Positions 25,117 through 38,990 of a stretch of 64,000 nt of DNA are shown one piece after another. Source of the DNA: the human T2T-CHM13v2.0 reference genome, Homo sapiens. The first letter of the stretch is position 1, and each line of letters begins with the position of its first letter. The translations under genes and the position numbers were made by a program. The notes under the pieces were generated by a model. It made no database searches and was not told the origin of the DNA. It worked only from the letters and a program-made list of their open reading frames with translations. The DNA lies in the NCBI RefSeq assembly GCF_009914755.1, contig NC_060938.1. One strand, given 5' to 3'.

Positions 25117-27162
25117 TATCATAAAGGGAAGAGCAAATGTTCTTCATGACTGCAGTAAAAGTGCTAAGATTGCCCTTTGGTAGAAGGAAAACGTGGGAAA
25201 GCACAAACCTTCATCCAGTCTTGTGACAGATACTGTCACTGCAGACCAGGACAGGCCTATGTTTTCTATTTCTGCTAGTCTTGGAAACTCCTTGTCCAAA
25301 ATGGCCATGATGACTTTTTTCTGTACACGCTCTAATCTCTCACAGCAGTAAAAAGGCTATCTCTCAAAGTACAGTTGAAAAAGAATTTATACCTGTTTCC
25401 ATGAGGTGCCTGCTGTATCAGCCTCCATAGCCCTCTGTCCTTGGTAAGAAGATCAGCAAAGTCTCCACTTATTTCAGCCTGGTACACAAAGGGTTTAGCA
25501 TGGACAGTGAGATGACACTTAAGGGAATTACTGGTCGCTAACACCAAACTGTTTCTTAGCAGAGTTAAGGTAACACAATTCTCATTTATGTTTCTGAGAA
25601 ATAATAAGTCCTTGAAGTGAGATGGTGCCTGGATCATTTAACTTGAAGAAATAATGGAAAAAGAAGTTACTCTGTTTAATCTGAGCCATACTAAAAAGGA
25701 CTAAGTTTGACCTCTAAAAAAAATGAAAGAGTGGTTATGCACCATCGCTTTTCAAACTTTGGGCATGAGAAGCATTTTTACAGAAAAAAGCAGTAGAGAA
25801 CCCAGGGTTCTGCACAATCTCCATTTGTCTTTTACATCAGGATGAAACAGACAGGGATCAAATTAAGAATAAGTTGGAGACATCCTGTTGCCAGGAGAAC
25901 GTTCTCATTTACTAAAATTCAATTAAATGCAAAAATTGCTCATTAATAATATTGGACTATAATGTTATTTGGGAAAAAAAGGGCGTCACTTAAAAAGAGT
26001 GAGGTAATTCATTGCTTTTTCTGTCTTTATGTTTATACTTTCTTTTTATTTTTAGAAACAGTGTATATAGCCTGTGTCTAAAGTAATAATTGCTATAAAT
26101 CAAACTAACAAGTATTTATTGAGTCCCTACTGTGTTCAAATTGATGTACTTGGCCCTGGAATACCAAAGCTAAAAGATCTCAGCTCAAGATTGTTTCAAT
26201 TTTTTTGTACTCTGTAATGTCAGTGTTAAGCAGTACATCACAAGTAATACAGACAACTGCTTTAAAGGCAAGGAGAAACAAATGTGGCCAAATGATATTT
26301 TATTAAACTAAAGAAAGACCGTGTGGACAGATAATTCCTGCTGTTAATTGGAGTTCTTGAAATAAAATTTAAACATGGTAGAGGCATTTCTAAATATTTC
26401 AAGTAAAAGCAACAATTTTCCTTTGATTTTATTATTTCTCTCCAAATTGCCTATTATTTTTCAAGAACTTTCAAACTCTGAGATGTGAGTATATAACTTG
26501 AGTTTAAAAACAATGTTTCTGATTTGGGAAATTGATCAATTAATAAAATAGCACCTTTATCATGTAATTTTTGTCCTTACCTCTGTTATTGAGTGATAAA
26601 ATCATTTTAACTCAAGTCCTTCCCCTTAAAATTAATTGGAGATATAAAACACAAACAAACAGCCATAATAGCAAATGTTGTCTTCTGTATTAATAAGAGT
26701 AACACGGGCTCTAGGAAGTTAGAAGAGAAGGATATTATGCCAGATAATCTTATCAGAGTAGAGAAGGTCCTCCCTGATGTTACGAGAACCAGATGTATGT
26801 TGCTCAGTATCATTGGTCCTCATTGCCCTCTCACCCACTCCCCTGGGAACACCGAGTCTTGGAGGAAAAAAAAGTGGAATATTTGTGAGCACAGTTCTTA
26901 TACATCATTTTTTCCCTCTCAGTGGATCTGAACACTCCACTTTGAAAAATCATGAGTTGTTATTATTCACTCCCATGACTTTTATTAAATCTTATTCACA
27001 TGATTCTCTTAAAATACAGCTAAAAATGTGACAGTTCCTATAAGCTGTGCTTCAAAGCTAGACAAACCAAGATCTCCCCAACAACTAATTATCTTCATTT
27101 CTCTATTGTTTATTCCAGACCATTAGTAGAGAAGCAATGAAAGCACTTACTGATAGAGTGTG

Positions 27163-28133
27163 TGTTGCAGGAAGTCAGTGACCCCAATGGAGGTACCTGC
27201 TGAAGCCGTGACAGAAGAAAATAAATTGTGAAGATTTCATGGACATTTATCACTTCCCCAATCAATACTCTTATAATTTCCTATGCTTGTCTTTACTTTA
27301 ATCTCTTAATCCTGTCATCTTCGTAAACTGAGGATGTATGTCGCCTCAGGACCCTGTGATGTTTGCATTAACTGCACAAATTGTTCATAAAGCATGTGTG
27401 TTTGAACAATATGAAATCTGGGCACCTTGAAAAAAGAACAGGATAACAGTGATGTTCCAGGTACAAGGGAGATAACCATTAGGTCTGACTGGCTGGGAGC
27501 CAGGCAGAACAGAGCCATACTTCTCTTATTGCCAAAAACAGGTAAGAGAAATATCGCTGAATTCTTTCCCCAGTAAGGAATATTAATAATTAACAGCCCT
27601 GGGAAAAGAATGCATTCCCAGGGGAGCCTCTAAAATGGCCGCTCTGGTGGTGTCTGCCTTATGCAGTTGCAGATAAGGGATGAAACATGCCCTGGCCCTC
27701 TGCAGCGCCCCCAGGGTTGCTAGGATTAGGAAATTCTGGTTCTCTGCTCTTGAACCCTGTTAAGATGTTTATCAATGACAGTGCGTGCACAGTGGGACAT
27801 GGAACTTCATTAGTAACTCTAGTTTCACCCTGACCTTGTGATCTTGCCCTGACCTTCTGCCTTGTGATCTTTTGTTGCCCTTGAAGCATGTGATCTCTGT
27901 GACCCACACCCTGTTAGTACACTCCCTCACCTTTGAAAACTGCTAATAAAAATTTGCTGGTTTTATGGCTGAGGGGGCATCACGGAATCTGCCGACATGT
28001 GATGTCTCCCCCGGACACCCAGCTTTAACATTTCTCTCTTTTGTACTCTTTCCCTTTATTTCTCAGACTGGCCAACACTTAGGGAAAATAGAAAAGAACC
28101 TACATTGAAATATTGGGGGCTGGTTCCCCCAAA
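27163..28133 (+). mobile_element. MER11 (HERV-K11/HML-8) solo LTR
   Basis: tgttgcaggaagtcag…ataaattgtgaagatttcatggac…gggggctggttccccc; AATAAA ~27945; 6-bp TSD AGTGTG at 27157-62 and 28134-39. Confidence 0.92.
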
Positions 28134-28156
28134 AGTGTGCATTCACACTCTATATC

Positions 28157-28216
<60 letters not shown>
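28157..28216. repeat. Perfect (TCTA)15 tetranucleotide STR
   Basis: Read directly. Confidence 0.97.
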
Positions 28217-28217
<1 letters not shown>

Positions 28218-28619
28218 GAGAATCTGGCCAGATTGTTTCTCTAGTTCTTCTAATGACATCATCCTGGTCTTCTTTATGATATTTGAATATGAGAAAAGTT
28301 CTTTACTCATGAGACTTTTCCTTCTTTGCTAGGATTACCTTTCTAGTATCTATACTGTTATTTGTTCCATTACTCACATGCAAAGAATTTGAAGACTACA
28401 TTAAAAAATAGCTGAATTACTTGTTTTCCAGAAAACTCATGTATTAGTATAAAAACCTTTATTTTTTTTTAAGATTTGTAACAGGCAACAGCCCTTGGCT
28501 CTTTTTCCTATTATAACTATCTTTTTTATTCTTTTTCTTTCTCAATTTTTCTTATCAGCCAAAATGTCACTAGCTGTCTCCTTTAGGGATCTCATTACAG
28601 CCTGTGTCCCACAGATTTT

Positions 28620-29130
28620 CTTGTCAAAGATGTTATACTGGTCCAGGTTCTTCACTGTAAACAGCAAAAGCCAGGGCTCTTAAGAAGAAAAAGAATTTAG
28701 GAAAGAATAACAAAAATCTCACATACACTAAGGGAAGTGTGGAGAATCAGGATGTGGAAGTGACAAAAATCCTACATGAAGAGTCAAGTTGGGACATTGT
28801 TGTCACTTCTGCTTGGACACAAAATTCACTAGATGCCACTGCCATCACCAACTCTGTGTCTGGTCAGCTGTGGTTACCACTGTTGCCAGTAGTGACATGA
28901 TTTCTCCATTTCTCCTTGGGTCACTTACTCTACAGTCAAAATCATGACTGTAAGTATTTAACTGGCCAAACTATGCCCATTATCTAGTTGCCAAGGGCCA
29001 AGGAGATTAAATAGTGGGCATTTGTAGTTTTTAAAGCTGTAAGTGAGGTTCTGCCTTCCACCAAGATCGTTACCATGGCTGACTCTCCAGATTCATAAAA
29101 GTATAATATCCTCCTGAGCATCCCTGACCT
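28620..29130 (-). mobile_element. Very old MLT1-type LTR remnant
   Basis: ccaggttcttcactgtaaacagc…actggccaaactatgcccattatctagttgccaaggg. Confidence 0.4.
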
Positions 29131-29160
29131 CCCTGAAAAAAAAGAACATCCAAATTACAA

Positions 29161-29518
29161 CAGTCATCCCTCTGTAACCATGAGGGATCGGTATCCTGAC
29201 TCCCACAGACCCCAAAATCTTTGGATGCTCAAGTCCCTTACATAAAATGGTATAGTATTTGTATATACCCTACACACATTCTTCTGTATACTTTAAATCA
29301 TATCTAGATCACTCATAATACCTCTCACAACATGGATGTTATGTAAATATTTTTATACTTTATTGTTTAAAGAATAATGACAAGAAAGTCTGTACATATT
29401 CAGTACAGACACAATCATGTATATTTTTTCTTTTCACATATTTTTCTTTTCACATATTTTTGATCTGCAGTTGGTTTAATCCATGGATGATGAACCCATA
29501 GATAAGAAGGGCCAACTG
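29161..29518 (+). mobile_element. MER2 Tigger MITE
   Basis: cagtcatccctctgta…ggatgctcaagtcccttacataaaatgg…gagggcc-like end aagggccaactg|ta. Confidence 0.85.
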
Positions 29519-30089
29519 TATTGGAAATAGTCTACAACATAGGCACATTATACAGAAATGACTGGATTGTTGCCATTGTTTCTGTCCTTGAGAAATTCTT
29601 TTGGACAGTTAATTTGGACAGAACATCAACAAATTAAAACATAGTGTTTTAATATATATCATAAGATGTTTCACAGATAAATAGATTACTTTGGGAGGAC
29701 AGATACAGGTGCAAAGCATTCTGCATATTGTAATCTGGGAAGATTGCTATTTGTTCAAAGAATGTGCCTATTTAATAATTGCTATTGTTCTTAGCTTATG
29801 GATATATGTAAATTCTTTACATTTGTTAAAATTTTCAAGCCTCCAACCAGCAATGAGAGACAGATGTTGCTAAGGCCATTCTGTAGCTAGTGATGAAAGA
29901 GACTTCTGCAAAGTTAAACAATTAATAGATGTCTGAGTCAGAATGTAAACTCAGGCTTTTATACATTTTCTTTGTCTTCTAACCACCATACAGAATAAGA
30001 GAAAAGAGTGAAAACAAGGCCAAGCTCAGTATTCATATAAAATGGCCTGGGAAATTTAGAGAATTATAAGAAGCCAGTGAAATAACCAT

Positions 30090-30272
30090 AACAAAACAAT
30101 TTTATTGAGGCTTAATATAGGCTAGATATGGATTTAAAAGCTTTCCATGTCTTGTTCATTTAATACTTATACCAACATAATGAATTAAGTATTATTATTG
30201 AAATTCTGATTTTACATATGAGAAAACAAACTCGTGATAAGGTCAAGTCGCTGCCAAGATTTCAGAGTTAGT
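30090..30272 (+). mobile_element. MIR 5' part (resumes ~30790-30845 after an LTR)
   Basis: ttcatttaatacttatccaac…attttacatatgagaaaac. Confidence 0.6.
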
Positions 30273-30273
30273 A

Positions 30274-30783
30274 TGTGTTTTATTAATCTATTGCTATAAA
30301 ACAAACCAAACTAAAACTCAGTGACAAAAAAGCATTGTTTTTCATAATTCTGTGGGATTACTTGGTTCACCTGGGAAGCTCTTTGGGCATGAATGGGTTG
30401 GGATATTCAAAATGGCTCACTGACACACCTGGTGCCTTTGTGGAGATGGCAGAAAGACTGAGCCTTACTCTCCATGTAGCCTCAGGGCTTATTCATCTTT
30501 AGGTGGACTCTCCATATGGTGGATATTTCCTTCTGGCCTCTTGAGCAGGGTAACTAGATCTTTTTCATGGCAACTTAGGGCTCTTGAAAGCATAGAAGCA
30601 GAAGCTGTCAGACTTTCTTAAGGCTTAGGCATAGAACTGAAAAAGCTTCATGCCTACTGCATTTTATCAGCTAAAATGCATTATGGGGCCAGACTCAATT
30701 CAGTTTGTGAGGGGAATATGCAAGAGAATGAATTTGGGGAGGCAAGGTGTGTGGGGGCTACTTTTGCAGACCTGACTTCCATA
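30274..30783 (-). mobile_element. MLT1F/G/H-type solo LTR inserted in a MIR
   Basis: tattaatctattgctataaaacaaacca…aaaactcagtg…agaagcagaagctgtcagactttcttaaggcttaggc. Confidence 0.7.
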
Positions 30784-31262
30784 GTACTACATATTGTGTA
30801 GCTAGGGTTCTCAGCCAGGCACCATGACTCTGGAGCTGTAACCTTCTTGACATGAAGTTGGGAAATTTAGGAGTAAGAAGGATGGAAAAGTAAAGAGGAA
30901 TGATATGTAGGTAGATGTATATATAGAGATAGATACAAATATAGAGATATATGTAGAATCATATTTTGAGGCTGAAAGCAAAAGGTATGCATGACAACCA
31001 AAGGGACATTTTTCCTTGCTGTTTACTTGACCACCAGTAATTCATGCTTAAACTTGTTCTTTATAACTGTATTATGTACTGAAAATGGGGAAAATTATTT
31101 TGTTCTAAACAAAAATGTTGATCTTTTCCTCATAAATCAGGAGCACTGCTTCTTTCTATGGTTCACATTAATGAAGAAATGTGCCAGATTAAAGGTAGGT
31201 AAAGATAAACTCTTTATTGATCAATTTGTTCTGAAATCAGATTCTAAATTTAATATACCACT

Positions 31263-31596
31263 TGCTATGGCCTGCATATTTGTGTCCCCACAAAATTCAT
31301 GTTGAAATTCTAACTCCCAAGGTAACTGTAGTAAGAGGTAGGGCTTTTAAGTGGTAATTAGATCATGAGAGCAGAGCCCTTGTGGAAAAGGCCCAAGAAG
31401 ACTTCTCATTGCTTCCACCATGTGAGTATGCAATGAGAATCCACCACCTATGGGTCAGAAAGTGGGCCCCTCATTAGACACACAATTTGCCTTGATCTGG
31501 GATTTCTCACCCTCCAGAATTCTGAGAATAAATTTCTGTGGTTTATAACCTACCTAGTATAGTATTTTGTTAAATCAATCTGAATACAGTAAGATA
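31263..31596 (+). mobile_element. MLT1A-type solo LTR
   Basis: tgctatggcctgcatatttgtgtccccacaaaattcatgttgaaa…gagaataaatttctgtggtttataa…taagata. Confidence 0.85.
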
Positions 31597-31863
31597 CCCC
31601 TCATCTACTCTGATTCATCTTTCATTTTCTTCCCTTTATAGTCTTTAATTCTAAAAGTAGCATAAATGTTTATTGTTATGTGTTCTCACAAATAAATGTG
31701 TTCTTCCCTTGCTATTTTTTGAAATGCCCATAGGTACCACAATGATGAACACACAGTTAAAGAATTTCACTTAAGATAAAAAGACAGCAGGCCGAAGAAC
31801 AACTGAAGAACATGTGTTGAGGAAATCAATGATTTGCGTGACCTGCATTGAAAAGCAACAATA

Positions 31864-32182
<319 letters not shown>

Positions 32183-33339
32183 CTATTAAGTCGAGCTGCC
32201 AAAAAGTTTAGTAAAGTGTCAAATGGTGGTAAATTTGGTGCAAGGTTCTGCAAGAAATTTTCAACTGAAAATGCATTATTTTAAATTACTATCGCCTGTT
32301 GACTCTATGATAGCATTTGCCATTATTCAATATCAATTCTAAATTTTCACAAATAAAAAAGGAGGAATTCTCCATTTATTCAGCAACTGCATTCCAAAGC
32401 ATTTTTGTGAGTTTAATGTCATCATCTTATTTAAATTAGATGTAGTAAAATTTCTGTTCCTTAACATAACGTGTGATTATTTACTGATTTCCTTAGAGCA
32501 AACTAGCTCGTCAGTGCTTCTAAATATTATATTCAAAAACAAGCAAATGAGCCCTATGATCAGGAAAACGAGAAAGTTCCACTCTATAGAAAAGTGCTTT
32601 TTGTCAGGTTAAATCAAAGGTCTACACAGTATTTACAATGAATTTGAAAGAAAATGTCAATATGCCATCTTTGTAAATTTCATGTTCATGAACAGAATAT
32701 TTGGAAAAGTTATGGTAGCTGTCTGCAAAGCAGGTGACTCTGTACTTGCTAATTCTATCAGTATCTCACAGCAAATTCTACGATAACTTTTTGTATACCT
32801 TCAACTAAAAGGTTTATGAGCACTAGAAGGAGGTTTCTAAATGATCTATTTTTTCATTAGAAAAGACATGAAAATCAAATCCAACATTTTTTTCAATTAG
32901 TGAGTATCCCAAACCATTGGAGACTTCAGAGGGTTATTAGAATGTCAGTAAGACTAAAGTTGAGGTAGGTACCAAAATGTCAACTGTGTCCAAATATGAG
33001 ATGGCATTTTTATTTACACTATAGTCTCCATAATGCTTCTTCATTCTTGGATTTAAGAAATCTTGGGATACTCTCCAGACCCCAAAACATATTTCTGTTG
33101 TTTGGAAGTAAGAATTGCTATATTTGTTTTTAAAGGGACCTATACATACACAGAGAAAGTAAAAAAAAAATGACACTTTGGTCAATCCTTTATTTTAATC
33201 ATTTCTTTTATAAATAAAAGAAATAACTTTTTCTTTCTTTAATTTAAAAATTTCTTTTTACCCCTGAGAAGTTTATATGTAAAATGAAGGAGTAGCATAT
33301 AAAGAAGGCATATCTGTGTCTATAATTATAATCATTAAA

Positions 33340-33620
33340 TATAGTGTTTACAAATTTGGGTTTAGAATCAAACTCCTCAGATTTAATCATAGGTCTCCCT
33401 CGTAAAAGTTATTTAACTTCTCCAAACTTAACATTTCTCAGTGTCACTCATAAAAGGATAAAAATCATATTTACCTACTCTTACTTAATTATTCAGAAAT
33501 ATATGAGTACCTATTGTGTGCCAGCCACTATTCTAAAAGCCTGCAATAGAGAACAAAATAGAGTCCCTATTCTCAAAGTACTTACATTCTAGTGGCAAAG
33601 ACAATAACAACTTTGTGAAA
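33340..33620. mobile_element. Adjacent MIR and L2 3' fragments
   Basis: tttagaatcaaactcc…aagttatttaacttctc; attcagaaatatatgagtacctattgtgtgccag…cttacattctagtgg. Confidence 0.55.
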
Positions 33621-33769
33621 TAAAATTACATTAAGTATCAAATACTAATAACAATATTTTAAGCCAAGTAAGGGACAAAATATGAGGAAACATGTAGTAA
33701 AACATAATATGACATAATATGGTTAAATACTCTTTTATAATAAAAATGCCCAGCAAATGATAGAAAAGA

Positions 33770-33975
33770 ACACCTACAAACCAATAAAAGTCATCTGTGA
33801 AAAATCCAGCTAACATCATACTCAATAGTGAAAGACTCAATTCTTTCCCCTTAAGATAAGGAAGGAGACAAGGATTTCCACTCTCACCTCTTCTATTTAA
33901 CATTGTACTAAAGATCCTACCAAGACAAGTAGGCAAGAGAAAGAAATAAAAGTCATCATGAGTGGAAAGGAAGTA
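33770..33975 (+). mobile_element. Old L1M ORF2 (reverse transcriptase region) fragment
   Basis: cagctaacatcatactcaat…agacaaggatttccactctcacctcttctatttaacattgtacta encodes RQGFPLSPLLFNIVL, the L1 RT RQGCPLSP motif. Confidence 0.85.
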
Positions 33976-34420
33976 GTGACAGACATCAGATTATATAATC
34001 TTGTGTACTGTGTGGTCTTGTCTGTACAAAACCTAGAACTACACATGAGTGTTATGCATCTTTTGTCTTCTTACCCAGTCAAATTATGATGAAACATTCC
34101 CAAACGGTCTTTTCAAGCCTTCAAAAAAACTCATAATAAATTACATGTGAGGATTTATGAGGATTAACTTGTTAAGCTAAATTATAGTGGTTTGAAATTT
34201 ACACTAAAATAACTTGTTTTGATTTAACATCTTGATAAGTAATAATATGGGCTAATACTATAATTTGGGGAAGCAAACATTTTATATATGATATAAAATT
34301 TACAGGAATAAACTCTCAAACTCTCAATTTCTAGTTTTTTTCTCTTTCTGTAACGTCTCTTTAAAATCCACACAATAAACTTATCTAATGCAGTTGCGCA
34401 CAGCAGCTCTCTCATCTAAA

Positions 34421-34963
34421 TGAAGGAATTTCAACCTTTCCCTGAATTGAATTAATGACAGACAGATTAACAGGAAAAAAAGGCATACATTTTTATTAAT
34501 ACGCATAAGCAAGGGGGAGTCACAAGAGAGCGATTACCAAATAACCCAGAAGATAGAGATACTTATGTATCCTTCTTCATAGGGGAGAGGGGAGATGGGG
34601 AAAAGTAGGCAGTTGTTTTGAGGGATAGTAAATGATTATTAGGGAGAATGAATGAACCCAGGAGACAGAAATTAAGTTGTAAGTGTTTCATTTTAGAATT
34701 TGAATGAGCCAGAGAGGCAGACAGTATCTCATGAAAAACTCTATCCAGGTGTGGTTGCATTTCTTGGTCTTCTTTTCTGTGGTAAATAATGAGATTGCAG
34801 AGAGGGATGAAAAGGAATTGTCTTCTACGGTGGGTCTAGTCTTAAGATAGATAAGGGAAAGAGAGCCTCTTCCAGAATCTGCTGACATTCAAGTACCTAA
34901 AATTTGAAATAATGAGCATACCAGGATGCCATATTTTGTGGTAAAATTCCTGGGATTTCTTCA
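34421..34963 (-). mobile_element. MER4-group ERV1 solo LTR (MER31/MER34/MER90-like)
   Basis: tgaagg…gacagattaacaggaaaaaaaggcatacatttttatt…ccatattttgtggtaaaattcctgggatttcttca. Confidence 0.65.
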
Positions 34964-34999
34964 CAAGTGTTCCTTAGAGAAAAACTACTTTTGTCCATT

Positions 35000-37900
35000 T
35001 AAAAAATTTTTATTTTCCAAAGCTACTGTAGAAATATTTTGTCTTATACAATTTTATATACATGTGTTTTTCTGTCTTATAGGTTTATATGCATGTGTTC
35101 TTTCTTATTCTTATTTTTTAAGTAAACATTGCCATACCCTGAATAGTGTTGTGCAATTTGGATTTTGGCCCATAAAAACACATATGCAGCATACTACTTA
35201 ATAATTACACAATATCTCATGTATGGTTTTACCATAGATTTTGTTTTTAAGCATTCATCAACTGACCATAACGTAAATGTCTAGAAGCTTTGGTTATTTT
35301 ATGCAGTGACCCAGTGGGTATTATTACACATGCATAGTTTATCAACTAATAGGATAAATAGCTGGACTATAGGATAAATACTAAAAATTAAACACAGTAG
35401 AGAACGTGACTTAAATATTGATATTGTCAAGTTGTTCTCCATAAAGATATATGAATATGCCTATTCCCTAATACCCTCTCTTACTGTTGTCAGATTATTT
35501 TATCGTTTTGCCAAATGAAAGCTGAAAAAATGGTTCCATGTATTTTAACATTTTCAAATATGAAGAAAAGCTGAAATGATTTTATGTGAATATCAATGTG
35601 AATACTACCTAGATTGTAACACAAAGATATTACTTCAAGATGAGAAGTAGTAATTTAATTTATATTTTTCCCGATATCTACTCATTTGTCTCCACAATTA
35701 AAAAAAAACTCTCTATTTTAAAATTAACTTTTATACTTCATTTTTGTATTCATTTGGGTATATCTCTAAATTTTACCTTTTTTTCCATTTAGACATTATT
35801 TAATTATTTTAGTTGTTGAAAATTTAGAATTTGGATTAGTATTTATTTTATCTTGTCTCCATCTCATTCCCATTAACCTTCTTTTAAATGTTTTCTTGAC
35901 CCTTCTCGGATGTTTATTTTGTGACATCACCTTTAAGATCATTTAGAGAGTTTGAAATCCTCCTTTGGTAATTTTGGGAAGGACCTTGCTAAATTGATGC
36001 ATTTATACAGGATAATTGGCATAGTTAGACTGTTTAATTTTGATATCAAAACATGATCTGCTTTTTATTTGTCCAAATTTTCTTTTGTCCTTCAGTGTCA
36101 TGTTAGTTTTCTTTCTAGGGATTGTGTATAGTTCTTCAAATTTCTCCTGCTATTTCTTTTAAAGTTGCTATTGAAAATGTGATTTTTAATTTCAATTATT
36201 TCTTCTGGCTGCCTAACATTTGACTATATGAAAGCAATTTCTTTCTGTATACTATTGTTTACCCAGCCATTTCTCAAAATTATGTATTATATTTACAGAT
36301 TTTCAGTTGTTTTTCTTTGCTTTTCCAACCATATTGAGACCGCCAGGTGAAAAGGGCTTCCCGGTGAACCTCGGACGGGCCTGCGCACTGGGAGAATGGG
36401 GTGGAGCCACGGAAGTTCGCGCCATTTGCAGAGGGGAGGAGCCCAGCCTCTTGCGTTCCTGTGTGATGGGGCCGGAGCCAGTAAACAGGCTTCCTTCTCG
36501 CTCTGCTGTAAGTTTTTCTCTTTCTCCCTTTTCACCCAAGAAGTTCCGTTTTTCCTACCCTTCTACGTGTCCGCGAGTCTAATCTTTTCTGGCCATATGA
36601 CAAGAACCAGGATTTTCCTACAATATAATTTGTAAGAATATACAGTTTATCTTCCTTCAAGTTTTTACCTTCCATTGCTGTTTCTAAATGTGTCAACAGG
36701 TATCTCCAGGATAATAGAAGAATAAAAATTCACTTCTGGTTTTAACTCTCACTGGAGTGCCTCTACTATTTTCTCCCATTGCACGTTATACTTAATATGG
36801 TTGATATAGGAACATATTTTAGTTATATATACATATATTTGTGTATATATATACAGATAATGCTAATCTTTTAAATAATGCATAGTTTTATAAATAAATA
36901 CATATATTTACTTATCTTTAGTGTGCATATAATCATATAGCCATAAAAACTACATGAGTAAATATGTAATATATGTACATATTAAGAAAATATACATATA
37001 TTTAAAAATTTAAAATATTGTTTAAATGAAAAGATACTGAATTTTATCAGTAACTTTTCTGTATCTATAAAGATAATCAAAGATTTCAAATCTGTGAATA
37101 TGAATATTTTGTCAGTAGATATCTTTAATTACTGAAACATGCCATACTTAGATAGAGTGTATCATTCTTTTAATGTGCCTCTAGACCTTGTTTTAGTGTT
37201 TATAAAGGATTTCTATGTCAGATTCACAGGTAAAATTGGTTTCTAATATTTGGAGGGGGGTGGTTTGTGTTATCTTTGCTGGTTTTGAGTATCAATGTTA
37301 TGCTGGATATTTTCCTACTTTTTTTACTCTTTGAAATAATCTAACATTTTAAGTCATTTGTTCCTCAAAAGGTTGGAGAATGATTAAGCCAATGAGCATC
37401 TTATTTGTTTTTTTTCTCTTTCTTCTTTGGTAATGATTTGTCTGTTTAAAATTTCCAACTTTCATGGGGTAAATTTTGGTAATTCATATTCTAAAAAATC
37501 ATATATTTCATCTAGGTTCTAAAATTAAATCACATAAAACTGAGAGAATTGTTTCTTATGGTCTTTTATTTTCTCTCCTGTCTTTGGTAAATTCCGCATT
37601 GCAATTTCTTATTTTACATATTTATGCTTCCTTCCCTTTTGTCCCTTTATTATTAAACTATTGAGTCATCTGTTACTTTTCCCTCAATGGACCAAATTTT
37701 GGATATTTTAGTTCTAAATTTTTTTTTTTTTGCATTTTATTCTGCTTTTATTTGTATTCATTTCTCTATTTTTTATTCTTTAGTTGGTTATTTTTGGTAA
37801 TGCTTGGAGTATGCTGCTTAACTTATTTACATTCTTTTAAGCTTATTGGTACGTGAATTTAAGACTAAATTTTCTTTTTGGCCATGTTTATTCTTTCCAT

Positions 37901-38170
37901 ATATTCTGATTTATAATGTCTTTTATTATTGTCATTTTATCCATATTGGGCACTATTGGTTTTTATTTTTATTTGAATCCAGTGATTCTGGTGATTGATT
38001 TTTTGTAATGAAAGTATTAAAATACCAGTTGATAACATCTTAGATATTTTCTTTTTGATTTTTGTTTCCAGCTCTGTTAATAATTTCTAATTTTGCTCCA
38101 TTGTAAACAGAGAATACTGGCCATGCAATTACTTCATTTTTTTGTCATTTATTAAATATTCATTTCTAAT
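35000..38170 (-). mobile_element. Highly decayed L1ME-type tract
   Basis: T-rich L1 ORF2/3'UTR remnants (aattttatcagtaacttttctgtatcta…, ttttgagtatcaatgttatgctgg). Confidence 0.55.
36335..36622 (+). mobile_element. MER61-family short ERV1 solo LTR
   Basis: tgagaccgccaggtg…gcctgcgcactgggag…ggggtggagccacggaagttcgcgccatttgca…ctaca; TG…CA; 4-bp TSD ATAT at 36331-34 and 36623-26. Confidence 0.8.
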
Positions 38171-38939
38171 TGTAGTACTATTCCTTTCAAACTTTCTCCT
38201 CAAATAAAACAGTTTAACAATGAAGCATGCCAATCTAAAGTGAAGAACTGCATGCCTTAAAAAGTGAGACCTTTGGTTGAAACACTGCTAAAGCAATCAT
38301 GAGAAAAATCTGCACCAGCTACTTCTGTCAAACCAGCTGCAGCAATTGGGCACAAAAAGAGAGTGAAAATGGCTTGGCTCTCACTAAGCAGTTACAGGGT
38401 GTCATTTAAAGAACATCGAATTCACAACCACACAAAGACCTTCCTGGAAGTGAAGGTCATCATCTTTCTAGAGATGTGACTTGATTTTGATTTCCAGGTT
38501 TCTGTTGTGTGGGTTGTTGTTTGGTTGTTTGTTCTTTTTTTTTTTTTTCTATTTAAGAAGCACTTCACTTCTCAAGCATGACACTGCAGGGCAGAGCTTG
38601 ATTTCCCAAGATCAGAAAATATTTATTGTTTCCTTGTCATTCTGTCAACATTGTTTTATTACTTGTCTTAGTTTGAAGAGAAAAGAAGAAATAAACAAGA
38701 ATCATGCGATGATACCTAAAAGTATGATCCTTTTTTATCATCTGCCTAAGTGTAATGGTCTCAGATAATGTTTTCATCACATAGTGAATCTTAACTAAAA
38801 CTCTGGCATCAGGCTCTCCTGCTTCTCAGTCCCACAACATAATACAGTTTCCAAATGTACCAAGGATGATACATAACACAATAAAAAGAGCTCAACCAAA
38901 ATTTGAAATGCTGCTTTTTACAAATGGTCTTTAATACCA

Positions 38940-38943
<4 letters not shown>

Positions 38944-38989
<46 letters not shown>
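38944..38989. repeat. Perfect (CA)23
   Basis: Read directly. Confidence 0.97.

Positions 38990-38990
<1 letters not shown>

Noticed and set aside
29420-29460. Short tandem micro-duplications (also ~50840, ~62980, ~63661)
   Set aside because: Ordinary 10-17 bp slippage duplications
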